A stretch of 63,757 nt of DNA, counting the filler, from Octopus bimaculoides (taxonomy: Eukaryota): NCBI RefSeq assembly GCF_001194135.2. It is 6 parts of 5 records of this genome, joined end to end, with 100 filler letters (N's around TTAATTAATTAA, not from the genome) between each part and the next. Parts side by side here need not be neighbours in the genome. Positions count along the whole stretch, not along the records: positions 1 to 30,722 come from NC_068983.1; 5 more parts are not named here. One strand, written 5' to 3'. A program made the translations under genes and the position numbers. The number at the start of each line of letters is the position of its first letter. Within the stretch, counting starts at the first letter, position 1. Below, in pieces: positions 1-13,512 of the stretch. The notes beneath the pieces were generated by a model, which had not been told where the DNA came from, ran no database searches, and saw only the letters and a list, made by a program, of their open reading frames with translations.

Positions 1-228
1 CCGCAGAAGAGCCAGTCCAGGGGCACTGGCAACGATCCCGCTCGAAACATTTCATGTGTCACCCGCAGAAGAGCCAGTCCAGGGGCACTGGCAACGATCC
101 CGCTCGAAACATTTCATGTGTCACCCGCAGAAGAGCCAGTCCAGGGGCACTGGTAACGATCTCGCTCGAAAGATATATGTCGCCCGCACATGACCCAGAC
201 CAGTGGCACTGGCAGCGATCTCGCTCGT
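1..228. repeat. Tandem repeat, 62-bp unit, about 3.7 copies, derived from the RTE LINE 3' UTR hairpin module
   Basis: ccgcagaagagccagtccaggggcactggcaacgatc restarts at 1, 63 and 125, with a degenerate copy at 184. The same module occurs at about 37340, 39535 and 50240 (reverse). Confidence 0.9.
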
Positions 229-252
229 ATTGGTGCATTGCTGTACCACTAT

Positions 253-289
<37 letters not shown>

Positions 290-2566
290 GAACACATAGA
301 TAGATGGTGATTTATACATAACGTTTATGACTTTATATTAAAACTGACACGAATGAAATTAAATGCATTCGACGAGGAACAGAAAATATACACGGCTGTT
401 CTACTGCTTGTTGCTTTCATACGCTATTGTTCTATTATTTTAAAAGATTAAATTTCGCTATTTGTTCAGCTCCAAAGTATTTCATTCATATAATTCTATC
501 AAACCGCTAAGATCTTATCACGCCAGTCAGTTATTTATTATTGGGTTACGAGTCATGCTGAAATAAAAAAAAAGAAATCTATTTTAATATTGACATGTAA
601 TATATAACACGAAGTAAATTTGTGTGGCAGATACAAGTCGCGATGTTACTCAGTATTTATAATAAGCTTGTATATATCTATTTTCTTATTGTATTGATAG
701 TTATTGTTTAGATAAGGTCAGTCGCTATTCAATAATCATATGATTAGTGTTTTCCGTCTGTGACATTTCCATCTAGCTTTCAGTAATAGTCTAACCTGTG
801 CTTCATTAACCAATATGTCATTTTATAAATAATTCAGTCTACGGGTTCTTTTTATTAATTACATAAATCTCTATGGAGCTCATGAACGTGACACAAGGCA
901 TCACCCACTGCACATGTCATATCTATTAATTGCGTCCGCTCTAAGAGCTACAGAAGAATTTAAATATACAAGACGAAGAGCAGTATCAAAAACAGAAGTA
1001 GAAATATAATCTGCGTTCCCATAACGGTTAATGCAAATAAACCCTCGATTCAAGCAAACATCTCTTTATATTTCAACATGACGCTTATAGCTTCTTTTCA
1101 CCTATCAGATGAATCTTTTTTTATGTTCGGGAACTTTTAAAATATTATCTTTTTTATAATGTTATCTTATTATAGTGTTATCTTATTATAATGGATCATT
1201 TTTAGGGCGTATTACATGATGGCATTCTTGCTGGAGTGTACCATATTTTATCCCGGTTAAACGACGGCTAACGATTTCAGCATCGAAAACCACAACAAAG
1301 AATGTCGCTGTTTCAAACTTGTTCCCCTTTCTGCGGTTCAGTGTATATCCTTGTATTTATTTATGGCTTAAAAATTGAATTCTCCCTATTTTAGATGATG
1401 TTGAAATAGATTAGACAAAAAGTATACATGCCTGAACGAATCCAGTTCAATTTAGCAAATACTTAGATATAACTCTGAAAATGTGAAATAATTTGTTCAA
1501 ATGTCATGCTGTATATTGGGAATATATAAATAGCAAAGTCTGATTTAGATTATAAATATTATTAAAAACTGCGTCTATCACATTATAAATAGGATATATG
1601 TCTTTTTATTACACGGCTGTGAGAATAGTAATAGTATACGCAAGTCTATGTCAGGGACCACCCATTTGTGAATGCTATTATATTCCAATCTTATATACTA
1701 CTTAATCATTTTTAATAGCAATAAAACATTAAAATAGACAGCAGGAAATACATTATCGTGTTAATATAATATAGACACCAAACAAAATACAGAAATCCTT
1801 TCACTTCACAGAGATAGAAAATAGTAATTTTCTTAGATGCGGCTTTTGGATTTAAGTCATAAGTAGGTGATATTAACGAATGACAATAGAGTACAAAATT
1901 ACGCAAATAATCATCTTAGTTTGAAGTCATTTCATGTCATATGAATACTCCCGCAGCAATGTCTAATGTCTCTGCAGCTAATTCCAACTTCACGCTTCAC
2001 CATTACTCTCACTACGCCATCCTACGCAGATATAGTGTCATATTTCTGTCTATTGCATTTGCATGAACAGTTAATTCAGCGTAATTACCAAACAAGGCAT
2101 ATAGTTTCATATTAATTTCTTGAATTAATTGCTAGATACAGATTTTCATAGAAGCAACCACAGAAGCGTGCAAGCGAGAGAATTATGCTTATGACAGGGA
2201 CACTAACACATTATTGCTATCATTGTCAGTTTAACAAATGCTTGCTTCTTGGATCCGTGAGTATCATATTTCTGTAAATAAAATGCATACTGTTTTATCG
2301 ACTTCAATTACTGCTGACACAGGTTCATCGCTGCGCGAATGGTTATATGCTACGGTAATTCGCCTTGCAAATACGTGGTTACTGATTTCTTTACTCTGTA
2401 CAGCACATTGGACAAGTGTGTTCCAACATATACACGAATTGACAACAGCCGCATCAGCAAAATATGGTAGATATGAATTCTATAAAGATTCGTCTCAAAC
2501 ACAATTCCTCTTTTCACCTGTTACATTTACTACAGTGTTTTTGTGCCACCAAAGAGACATTATATA

Positions 2567-3475
2567 CATTATGTCTTCCCATAAGTAATGCGGTTTTTAC
2601 AATTGCATGAGCTAAAAGTCGGAGGGGGGCAGTATAAACAACCTGCATCGACTTACTATAAAAGCAGGTAGTAATTTTACTTTGACCTTATTCTTAGTGC
2701 AAGTTGTAATCAGCGTGGTTCTATTTTGATAGTTATTTTTTCAATGGAAGTGACAAAGGAGCATATTCGGCATATTTTGCTTTATGAGTTCAATAAAGGT
2801 AACAACGCAACGGAAAGTGCGGGGAATATTAATGCAGTGTATGAGGATCGGACAAAATGCGTAAGCCAGTTTCAACTTTGGTTCCAGAAATTCTGAGCTG
2901 GAAACTACAGCCCACAAGACGAGCCGCGCCCTGGAAGATCTGTAGAGCTCGACGAGGACGTCCTGCAAACCTTGGTGGAATAAAATCTCACGTAACTATT
3001 GAGGAACTAGCAGAGAACTTCGGATTTGGCCATTCAACCCGTCATTCTTATCAGCGATAGAAGAAAAATGACCATCTTCAGTTTCACAATAAAAAGTGTC
3101 CTTCCATCAGGATAATGCTCGGTTACATAAAACGAAGTGGATATTCCAAAGGCTGGAGCAGTTTGAATGGGAAACGATGCCCCACCCACCATAATCACTG
3201 GACATTGCTCCATCTGATTATCATTTATTCCGCTAACTTCAGAATCATTTGTACGGAAAAAATATGAATTCTGTAGGTCCAAACGATAGTATTTTTCGGC
3301 ATGGACAAGTGAAGTTTGAAAGAGGGGCCTTTCAGGTCTACCAGATAGATTGAAGAGCATAGTAAAAAAATGAAGGAGAGTAAATATTTTAGATTAAAAA
3401 AAGAACTTTGTTTATCTTAATTTTGAAAAGCAAAAGAAGTATAATAAAGCGCATTATTTATAGAATGACCAAATA
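2567..3475 (+). mobile_element. Internally deleted mariner element (transposase pseudogene)
   Basis: From ATG 2744: MEVTKEHIRHILLYEFNKGNNATESA...WFQKF*AGNYS..DEPRPGRS (HTH), then FHQDNAR...HPP*SLDIAPSDYHLFR (DD34D-type). Degenerate TIRs: cccataagtaatgcggtttt / aaagcgcattatttatagaatgacc. Confidence 0.92.
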
Positions 3476-4133
3476 ATTTAGTTGTGTCAACTCTGTTGCG
3501 AATATTTCGTCCCGGTCGTACGATAACTTTCTCTTCTCGCGAACAATCTTGAAAGCAGAAAATAATGGCATTTTGTCTTTTCATCTTAAACTCATTAAAA
3601 GATAGGTTTCAAGTAATTAATTAATATAGAAGAACGCAAGATGACTCCTCTTAATCACCTTTAGTTATGTGCCTGCATTATATAAACTGACTTACAGTTA
3701 AACAATAATAATAGCAGCAATATACAAATGCTTTATGGAAATCAGACATAATATGGTCCATTAGTAGACTCGTTAGAATAGTACAAACCGCCTAAATTTC
3801 ATCCAGCTCTTTAAAGTCTGAGCTGAAATCACGCCAAGATCGACTTTGCATTTTATATGAAGATCGATTAAATAAACAGCCTTCAAGTAATGAGAATGCT
3901 TACCTCTTCTAACAATACATGCAATGGGCTCTGTAGTACAGCAGAATACAAATACCCGGAAATCTTAAAGGTGGTGAAGTGTCTCACCTTTTGGACTACG
4001 TTGGAGTTGCATCGATAATTTCTATCTATGAAACGGTATACGACAAACTCCCATACTTTGTGCTATGAATCCACGTCTTCACACCAAAACAGTCTCTCTC
4101 TTTATCTCCCTCTCTATCTGTCTATCTCTCTCT

Positions 4134-4184
<51 letters not shown>

Positions 4185-4581
4185 CAGTTCTCTCTCTCTT
4201 ATGTGCCGAGTAAGTAATAAGCATGATGTGTAACGCAAAAGAAAAGATTATATATATGAAATGTCTGTTTACATATTAGAATATTTGGAAATTATACCGA
4301 ATCACATTATTTCTAATAGATTATAACACAACGGAAAGACATCCCTGTTTCAACTTTTTATATGTTTTTCAAACGCAGATAATAACTGCGAGATTGTGAT
4401 GATCAGGTCCTCCCAAACAGCAATACACAGTAACAGAAAGAAAGGAAAAGAGCGACGGATGGACAATTATAAATGAGAGCAAAAGAAAATTGTATGCCTT
4501 TCGACGATCTAACGTCTATTTTTCAGCGTGTTGGCATATAGTTTTTTTTTATTTTGCTCTTATTTATAATTATATGTACAT

Positions 4582-4614
<33 letters not shown>

Positions 4615-4664
4615 GCATATATATATTCATATACACATGCATATATATATTCATATACACATGC

Positions 4665-4793
<129 letters not shown>

Positions 4794-5709
4794 TGAGAGA
4801 GTGTGTGTGTGTACGTATGTATTCATATATGCATGAGTATATGCGTGTGTATTACGTATGTGTTCGTGTGTGCATGTATCCATTCTTTAACTGGAGTTTT
4901 GGTATGGCAGTGTACTATCTTCGGGGTTTCGATCCTTCACGTTGGTTCCAACTCGTCATGCTGAGACTCGTAACAAATAGTGCGAGCAGAATCTTTCACG
5001 TTTTCTAACGAATTTTAAAAGCGGTGCCGGAAAATATTCGGCCATATTGCGATGCGTATTACTACGAACATTAATGCTACAAAACACAGCCTTCTTGGAA
5101 TATCTCTGCATTCTGCTGCTCTCTTTCATTGAAGGAATATTTTATATAAGAGTGTTGCAATATTCTTCACTTACCTCAATTAATCATCCAAAGATTCGCT
5201 AAAAGCAAGATATCTGCACTTAGCTATGTTGAAGATAAGAAAAGACAAAGCGACATTACCGAAAATATTTAACAGAATATAATTTTATGTAATAGCAGAA
5301 TACACTGATTCTGTAAATTATATTTTTTCTTAGAGTTATACCTGCAAATACATTTGTCAATTGGTTATGCAGTAACTCACTGCCATATTATTAGTTTTAA
5401 TATAACAATGTTTCGCAAAACCAGAGAGAACTGAGTAAATTAAGAATTTATAAGTAAAAGTTATTAATAGAACTGAGAGAATATGTAAAATATCCTTGTA
5501 GTTTAACATGCAATAACTGCGCAGACTAAATATTAGATACACAAATATACACATGAATCAAAATATACAGACAAATACAGTAACAGGTATGCCTGCAGCC
5601 ATAACAACATTGGTAGACATATACGTACACATAGACATTCTTATTTACACACACACACACCATCTCCAACATTTCGACATAACACACGAACCTCCTACAT
5701 AGTTTGTTT

Positions 5710-5759
<50 letters not shown>

Positions 5760-5848
5760 TGTGTGTGTGTTTAGACAATCTAACGTCTATTTTTCAGCAT
5801 ATTGGCATAGAAATGTTTTTCCTTTTCCTCTTATTTATAATTATATGT

Positions 5849-5904
<56 letters not shown>

Positions 5905-6097
5905 NNNNNNNNNNNNNNNNNNNNNNNNNNNNNNNNNNNNNNNNNNNNNNNNNNNNNNNNNNNNNNNNNNNNNNNNNNNNNNNNNNTGTGTGTGTGTGTG
6001 TGTGTGTGTGTAAACATATATATATTTGTTTTGCAAAATTTTTGATGCGAAATCGTGTGTTGAAACAGATATTGTTGTATTTGGGGATGGTCATGTT

Positions 6098-6394
6098 GCC
6101 AGTTTAGCACGGGGCATAGGAGAGCGTGTAAATGAACATTGAAGGGAACTTAAGGAAGAGAAGAGCTCATCAGTTCTGTACCAGCACGCTGAGCACGAAC
6201 ACGGAGTCTCACTCAACAACATAGAAATTAAAATCTTGTCCACACCTAGAACAGACGCAGCACTTATACAAATTACAGAATCTACGCACATAATAGAAGA
6301 TAAACCTAGCCTGAATAGAAAACTGGAATGGAACACTAGCACACAACCCCAACAAGCCACAAAATATGACAATAAAATGCCCATAAACCGATAA
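6098..6394 (+). mobile_element. Penelope-like element GIY-YIG endonuclease remnant
   Basis: ARGIGERVNEH*RELKEEKSSSVLYQHAEHEH...IKIL...DAALIQITES..I.EDKPSLNRKLEW matches the PLE R..EH ... H ... E..I...P.LN...EW pattern. One internal stop (6140-6142), no ATG. Confidence 0.75.
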
Positions 6395-6740
6395 CAATAT
6401 GAACAAAATATAATACAATACATAGATAAACAAATGGAATTAAATACTACATACGTTAACAAAAATTTAATACAAAAAAAAAACAAACACAAAAAAAAAC
6501 AAAATAATAAGTGGGTATAAAAACATGAACAAATAAATAAATAAAAACACAATAAACGAACATGTATTAACAGAGAATATATATAATACAGGCAGTCTCC
6601 ATACACACTCATTCACTTACAAAACAGACACACAGAGGGATACGAATGCGTAGACACATACAATAGGAATACAAAATACAAAATGGCTGATCGTTAGCAA
6701 TGAGGGACACACATATAAGAAAGAAGAAAGCAAAGGACCA

Positions 6741-6775
6741 CTGATGAGGTCACAGAGGTGTGACGAAATATGATT
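6741..6775 (+). ncRNA. Hammerhead ribozyme core remnant
   Basis: CTGATGAG-gtcaca-gagg-tgtgac-GAAA: 6-bp stem II with one extra G. No stem I partner found. Confidence 0.3.
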
Positions 6776-6979
6776 AATGTAATGTAATGTAATATAAAGA
6801 TGAAGCAAATTAACACCGAATATACAGTGCGTGTGATTTTATTGGCTAAACTGGCAACATGACCATTCCCAAATACAACATTATGTGTGTGTGTATATGT
6901 ATATTTATATATATATATATATATACGAATGGAAAAAATAGAGATATACTTATATATACATATATAAACAAGAGTAAAT

Positions 6980-7450
6980 CTATTCTATGAAATCGCCCTT
7001 GGCTTCAACTATTGCCTCCAGATAACTTTGGAATCTCCTGCAACTCTTTGGGACGGTCTCCTTGTTTAAGTTGGTGAATGTTGCCATAATCCTTGATTCC
7101 AGTTCAACTTTGGTGTCACAAGGAGAGTTGTTGGTCTCTCGCTCAACTGCGACTCACGCATAATAATCATGAGAGTTGTAGTCTGGGGAGTGAAGTGGCC
7201 AGATGCTGTGGGTGATGTGGTCACCTACATTGTCTGACTGCCATTACTGGGTTCCCTTGCTTGCGTAGCATGTTGCAAATCCTTGCAGCCCCCCTCTTGA
7301 TCCAGGGCAGCACTACCTACTCCATGCACGCTGATGTAAGCCTCTGTGTTAAGTCTGAGTCTATGTGGGAAGATGAATGGAGGCGTAACGTCTTCATCAC
7401 TAGAGATCACTCCAAACACTATGTTGTTGTCTTGTTGTTGACTGGACGTT
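6980..7450 (-). mobile_element. Tc1/mariner-superfamily transposase remnant, maT (DD37D)-like C-terminus
   Basis: VFGVISSDEDVTPPFIFPHRLRLNTEAYI, WPLHSPDYNSHDY, AVERETNNSPCDTKVELESRIMATFTNLNKETVPKSCRRFQSYLEAIVEAKGDFIE* across frameshifts. Confidence 0.85.
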
Positions 7451-9119
7451 CGATTTTTATCAGCCCCGGTACATGTCCTCAGATTGCACCGTTCTCAGAA
7501 TGACATCTAAACACTCTGAAATGACCGCACTGGAGCTACCGGTACGAATACCAAGCAGTACAGCATGTCATTTCCAAATTTCTTGCAGAATTATTTGCAT
7601 CATGGTACTGATTTTTGCACAGACAGTGCCCAACGCACCCTAGTATACTGTGTAGTCCAAAAAATAAAAAATAAACAACGTCCATGCGTGAAATTAAAAC
7701 TAGAGTATGGCGACAACGTACCCATCGCAACCTGTACGTAGGTCCATATATATATATGCATATATATGTATATAACGGGTATATTGATATGTATAAATAA
7801 ATAGATATATGTGTATATANNNNNNNNNNNNNNNNNNNNNNNNNNNNNNNNNNNNNNNNNNNNNNNNNNNNNNNNNNNNNNNNNNNNNNNNNNNNNNNNN
7901 NNNNNNNNNNNNNNNNNNNNNNNNNNNNNNNNNNNNNNNNNNNNNNNNNNNNNNNNNNNNNNNNNNNNNNNNNNNNNNNNNNNNNNNNNNNNNNNNNNNN
8001 NNNNNNNNNNNNNNNNNNNNNNNNNNNNNNNNNNNNNNNNNNNNNNNNNNNNNNNNNNNNNNNNNNNNNNNNNNNNNNNNNNNNNNNNNNNNNNNNNNNN
8101 NNNNNNNNNNNNNNATATATATATATATATATATATATAACCACATTCTTATCCACATACATATATTCATACTTACATAGTTATGTGTGACATTCAATAG
8201 TTTTATTCATTTACGTTAGGTTTTAAGCAAATATAAATATCTATTGGCAACGTAAACACAACAGACGATAGAAGCGCTAGACTCGTCGTCGCCAGAGCGA
8301 TCAAGGAAATCTGTGAACAAATATATAAAGTGTTATTACGTGATATCCAGGCATTGTTACTGAATTAGATTCCTACATATTTTGCTTAAGTACTGTGCAT
8401 GCCTACAAATATCATATCACAGAAAACAAAAACAAAAAAAATGAAATTATGAGAATTATGTTATAACGAAGAGATTATCTCAGCATATTTATTGGTTTTT
8501 TACTACGTTTTCGTCCGCAATAGATAGTTTATCTCTTACGTCCCATATTTGTTTTTATTTCGCTTATTTACATACCTTACTTCAGTTGCCACTGTTTCGT
8601 TATGACAAATATACGAGTCTTATTTATTGAATTGTTTCACTTGCTGTCTTGGTTCCTCAATTTCCCTCCAATATATACATATACGAGTGCGTGTTGAAAT
8701 GTTCCTGGCATTGGGTAAAAGAAAATACAGGAGGATCACGTAAATATGATTTCATAGCCCTTGGAAATTTATATGTTTATTGCAATGTTCCTTCCTTTTC
8801 TGCTAAAACCAGTAAAATAAGTCGGAAGTTGGGTCTCCAACCAGGCCTTTCTCGATGCCCTTAAAGCCAGAAAAAATTCAGCACACACTATGTGCCTGTA
8901 TAAATGTGTGTGTATAGTCTTCTTTCTTTTATTCGACTCAGGCATTTGGCTGCCGCTATACTGGAGCACCACCTTTTGTCGAACAAATCAACCCTAGGAC
9001 TTATTCTTTGTAAGCCTAGTACTTATTCTATCGTTCAGTTTTGCCGAACCACTAAGTTACCGGGACGTAAACACACCAACATCGGTTGTGAAGCGATGGT
9101 GGGGACAAGCACAGCCACT

Positions 9120-9153
<34 letters not shown>

Positions 9154-12100
9154 NNNNNNNNNNNNNNNNNNNNNNNNNNNNNNNNNNNNNNNNNNNNNNN
9201 NNNNNNNNNNNNNNNNNNNNNNNNNNNNNNNNNNNNNNNNNNNNNNNNNNNNNNNNNNNNNNNNNNNNNNNNNNNNNNNNNNNNNNNNNNNNNNNNNNNN
9301 NNNNNNNNNNNNNNNNNNNNNNNNNNNNNNNNNNNNNNNNNNNNNNNNNNNNNNNNNNNNNNNNNNNNNNNNNNNNNNNNNNNNNNNNNNNNNNNNNNNN
9401 NNNNNNNNNNNNNNNNNNNNNNNNNNNNNNNNNNNNNNNNNNNNNNNNNNNNNNNNNNNNNNNNNNNNNNNNNNNNNNNNNNNNNNNNNNNNNNNNNNNN
9501 NNNNNNNNNNNNNNNNNNNNNNNNNNNNNNNNNNNNNNNNNNNNNNNNNNNNNNNNNNNNNNNNNNNNNNNNNNNNNNNNNNNNNNNNNNNNNNNNNNNN
9601 NNNNNNNNNNNNNNNNNNNNNNNNNNNNNNNNNNNNNNNNNNNNNNNNNNNNNNNNNNNNNNNNNNNNNNNNNNNNNNNNNNNNNNNNNNNNNNNNNNNN
9701 NNNNNNNNNNNNNNNNNNNNNNNNNNNNNNNNNNNNNNNNNNNNNNNNNNNNNNNNNNNNNNNNNNAAAAATTAGACATAGGAACACGAACCATGCTGCG
9801 TATTGACTCGTGCTTCATATGTTGTCTGGTCATTTCTGCTGACGATAGTCCGACCTTGTAAGATATATAATCTTTATCTTACTAAAATTGACTTGAAACC
9901 ATGGTACAGAATATAGATTGGTAAAAGTTTTTATTTTTCATTTCCTTTCGAAATTATCCCTAATTTTTGTGGTATGTAGTATTTTGCTGCTATTTCTAGC
10001 GAGTAGATGTCCTATTATAGGCATCTCTGCATTTTAAATGAATATATATATATATATATATATGTGTATGTGTGTGTGTGTGTGTATAGATACGACGGGC
10101 TTCTTTCAGTTTCCGTCTACGAAATCTACTGAAGGATTTGGTCGCCAGACGCCATAGTAGAAGACACTTGCGCAAGGTGTCAGGCAGTGGGACAACCGGG
10201 AACATTGTGGCTGGTAAGCAATCTTCTTACCACATAGGCACCCCTACACTTATACACACACACACACACACACAGACACACACACACACATATATATGTG
10301 TGGGAAGTTTATCCAGTGCAACCCTTAAACACGTAAATAGTATTTTCTAAACAAGTTAGTGACTTATTCTCGAATATAACAATACTAGCGCCTCTGAGGG
10401 TAATATTCTCTGGGAACGCAAAAAGACCTTTTCAGAGTTATTTACTTTGAATTGTTATTATCTCATATCTAATTAGCCTGTTATTACGTAACATGCTTCA
10501 AGATTTTAATATACATACCTTATTAGTATTTCCTTCTATGTTCTATATCCTCTGGGAATGCATTAAAGTCCTTTTCGGCGCTACTTTACTTGAATTGTTA
10601 CTATCGGGTAACTAATTTCATGTCATTACATAACTGACTTCACAATTTAGGTACTCGTTACTTATTGGGAATTCCCCAAAACAAGATCCTGTGTAAGACA
10701 GTTCGGTATTCTCTGTAAATGCACAAACACCGTTTTAAGGGCTATATATTTTATATTGTTGTTATAGGATTAGCGAAAAATTATGAAAACGCAACCAAGG
10801 GATTAACACAGCTTTCCTTGGAATTACCGGATACGTCAGCTAGTATATATATATATATATAAATGTATTTTGCTTGTATGTATCTATAGGTGATTTTGAA
10901 TAAATTTAATTGCAAACAAATGCGTTGTTTTCCACAGCTAATTTCGAGACATTTCTACATTCAAACAAACCCAGCTTCATATAACTATTAATTAAAATCG
11001 ATGTAACCATCAAATTTATTTTATTTCTGTCACCACAACCTAAGTTTTGCTTGTAAATAGTTAAAATCTATGGGGTTTATGATGAACGTTATCCACTACT
11101 TGTCGTGGATTATCCGTAGGGCAGGCTTTACATAAACGCAGATATGTTTGAAAAGCTTTCTTCTCATATTTTAAAAATCTTTATTGCAATACATCTGGGA
11201 TAACATTATTCAATATTCCCTTTACTTTGCAGATGGCAGGTGGAAGATCTAGTTCATGATTTCTTTTTCGTTTTCAAAATTGTGCGAGAAGTTGTCGCAG
11301 ATGCGGCCCTCGTCTCCTTGTTAGATTATTTTCTAAAATGTTATGAATTGAACCATTGTTAAAATTAACACAGAACGATTGGATGTGAAAAATATACCTA
11401 ACATAAAAAAGATGCTGGAACTAGATACAAATATACATTGATGGAATCCGAAACAAGGTTCCAGATTTGACGGCAATCTTTGAAGTCGATTGAATTGGGG
11501 TACTTAGTTTTCAGTATGAATTTAAGAAAAAAAAAACAAAATGAAAGAGCGAATTCAACTCATAACAAAAAGTAACTAAATATTATATGCATGAGGAATT
11601 TTGTCTGATTCAGCAACGTTTTCAATATTCACCAGTTGGGTATGATATTTATCATGAAGAATGTTATTAGCACCACGGGTATGATTAAATAGAATCTGCA
11701 TTAGTAAAATAAGTAATTCAGATTTACCGGGGCATAATATTGTACAGAAAATAAAAAAGAATAGGAAAGTTAGAGTGATAAATGTATGCTTCGATACTGT
11801 AAAAATATACACCAGTCTTATGAGCACACTAACAATAATTGCATACGCTACCAGCACTGTTAAAACTAACTACATATATTCAGCTTGTGCTGTCAGTAAT
11901 GTCCTTTACTTAAGAACCAGTGCACGGAAAGCTGTAGCAATAACTTCGAGGAAATCACCATAAACGCCAGGAACAGTACATAATTGAGTATCAGAATAAA
12001 ATATAATAAATATTCCCGACAATAGGAATCATAAGGGACAACGATCCGCCGAACAGTTATTTTGACAGCAAGGAATATTCTAACAGTGTCTCTCATTGAG

Positions 12101-13347
12101 TAGCTACTCAATTATAGATTTGTATATCTACTGATATCTGAAATCGATACACGTAATCTACAGAGGAAAATAACACCTACATGGGAACATGGAAAAAAAT
12201 AATTGTAGACATCAAGAAAATGCAATTCATTTATGGACATTGAAACATACACTGACTGCTTTTGTTTGGTTTCATGGTCACATTGACAGTTAACAAGCAG
12301 CATACCATGATCATATAGACGGTACTCTAAACTTTCTTCTTCTCATTTTACCGTTAGTTTTTATCTGAAAAACAAAAGTGAATACTCCAAACTGAAGACT
12401 TTAGCTTTTACTATGCTGGGACACTGCCTTAAAGAATTTTTCGTCGAATGAATTAATTACAGTACTTATTTTTTAAAGCCTGGTATTCATTTTACCGGCC
12501 TCTATTGCCAAACGGCTGGATATTGGGAACGTAAAAACACATCAATATCGGTTACCAAGTCGTGGGTAGTGGACCAACACGGGCACAAAGACACCGAAAT
12601 CGCGTGGTTTAGAAGCAAGATTCTTACCACACAGCTACGCATTTATCTGCGTTTATCTCCCCTAAATGCCAGTTACATAGAATATCTACCTTGCCTACGT
12701 TTATTTACTTCCAATAAGAAGCGAGTCAGTGAAGTTCAAAAGCAATACTTCCATCGATCTAAACACTGCTTTATAAGTGCATAGAAATCACTACACATTC
12801 TTTCTCTAAATAGAAAATACCTGTTAGAAATATGGATGTTGGCAATAAATCAGTTCACACATCGAAACTATACAGTACATATGCCATGACAAAATGTAAG
12901 GCATAGGTATTATTTCTAAGACAAAAATGTTCGAAATTATCTGAATATACGTAACAGAAGTGTTTTTGTAGAAAATACATTTGTAACATCACAGAAATAT
13001 TATGATCTGTAGGCAACTTACTTATTATCTCCTATAAACGAACCATGAAATCAGAGTTCAAAGTAAAGCATATTACAAAGCTGAAAAATTCGATCTTAAT
13101 GGAGGATATTGTACTCGGAAAATACTAATGAAACATGCATTCAGAGGAATGACACCCAAACTTGTTATAGGTGAAATTAGCAGAAACACAGAATTATGTG
13201 CAAAAGATTGACTATAAAAATAAACAGAGCATTTCAACATATAACAAAACCTCAACTACATCAAATGAAGTATAGCCAACAATCGATATTCTATAAACTA
13301 TTATCAATCTCCTTCCTTCATCGTCTCGAGCATAGTATGCGTGTATG

Positions 13348-13387
<40 letters not shown>

Positions 13388-13459
13388 AATATCTATATAC
13401 ATATATGTATGTGTCTTTATATAGCTATCTTTCTATTTATGTATCTCTCTTTCTCTCTC

Positions 13460-13512
<53 letters not shown>

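Noticed and set aside
1-228. CRISPR-like array
   Set aside because: The units are wholly repeated with no unique spacers, the context is eukaryotic, and the unit derives from a LINE UTR.
6091-6612. 173-aa hydrophobic minus-strand ORF
   Set aside because: Antisense shadow of the A-rich plus-strand Penelope endonuclease remnant and its tail.
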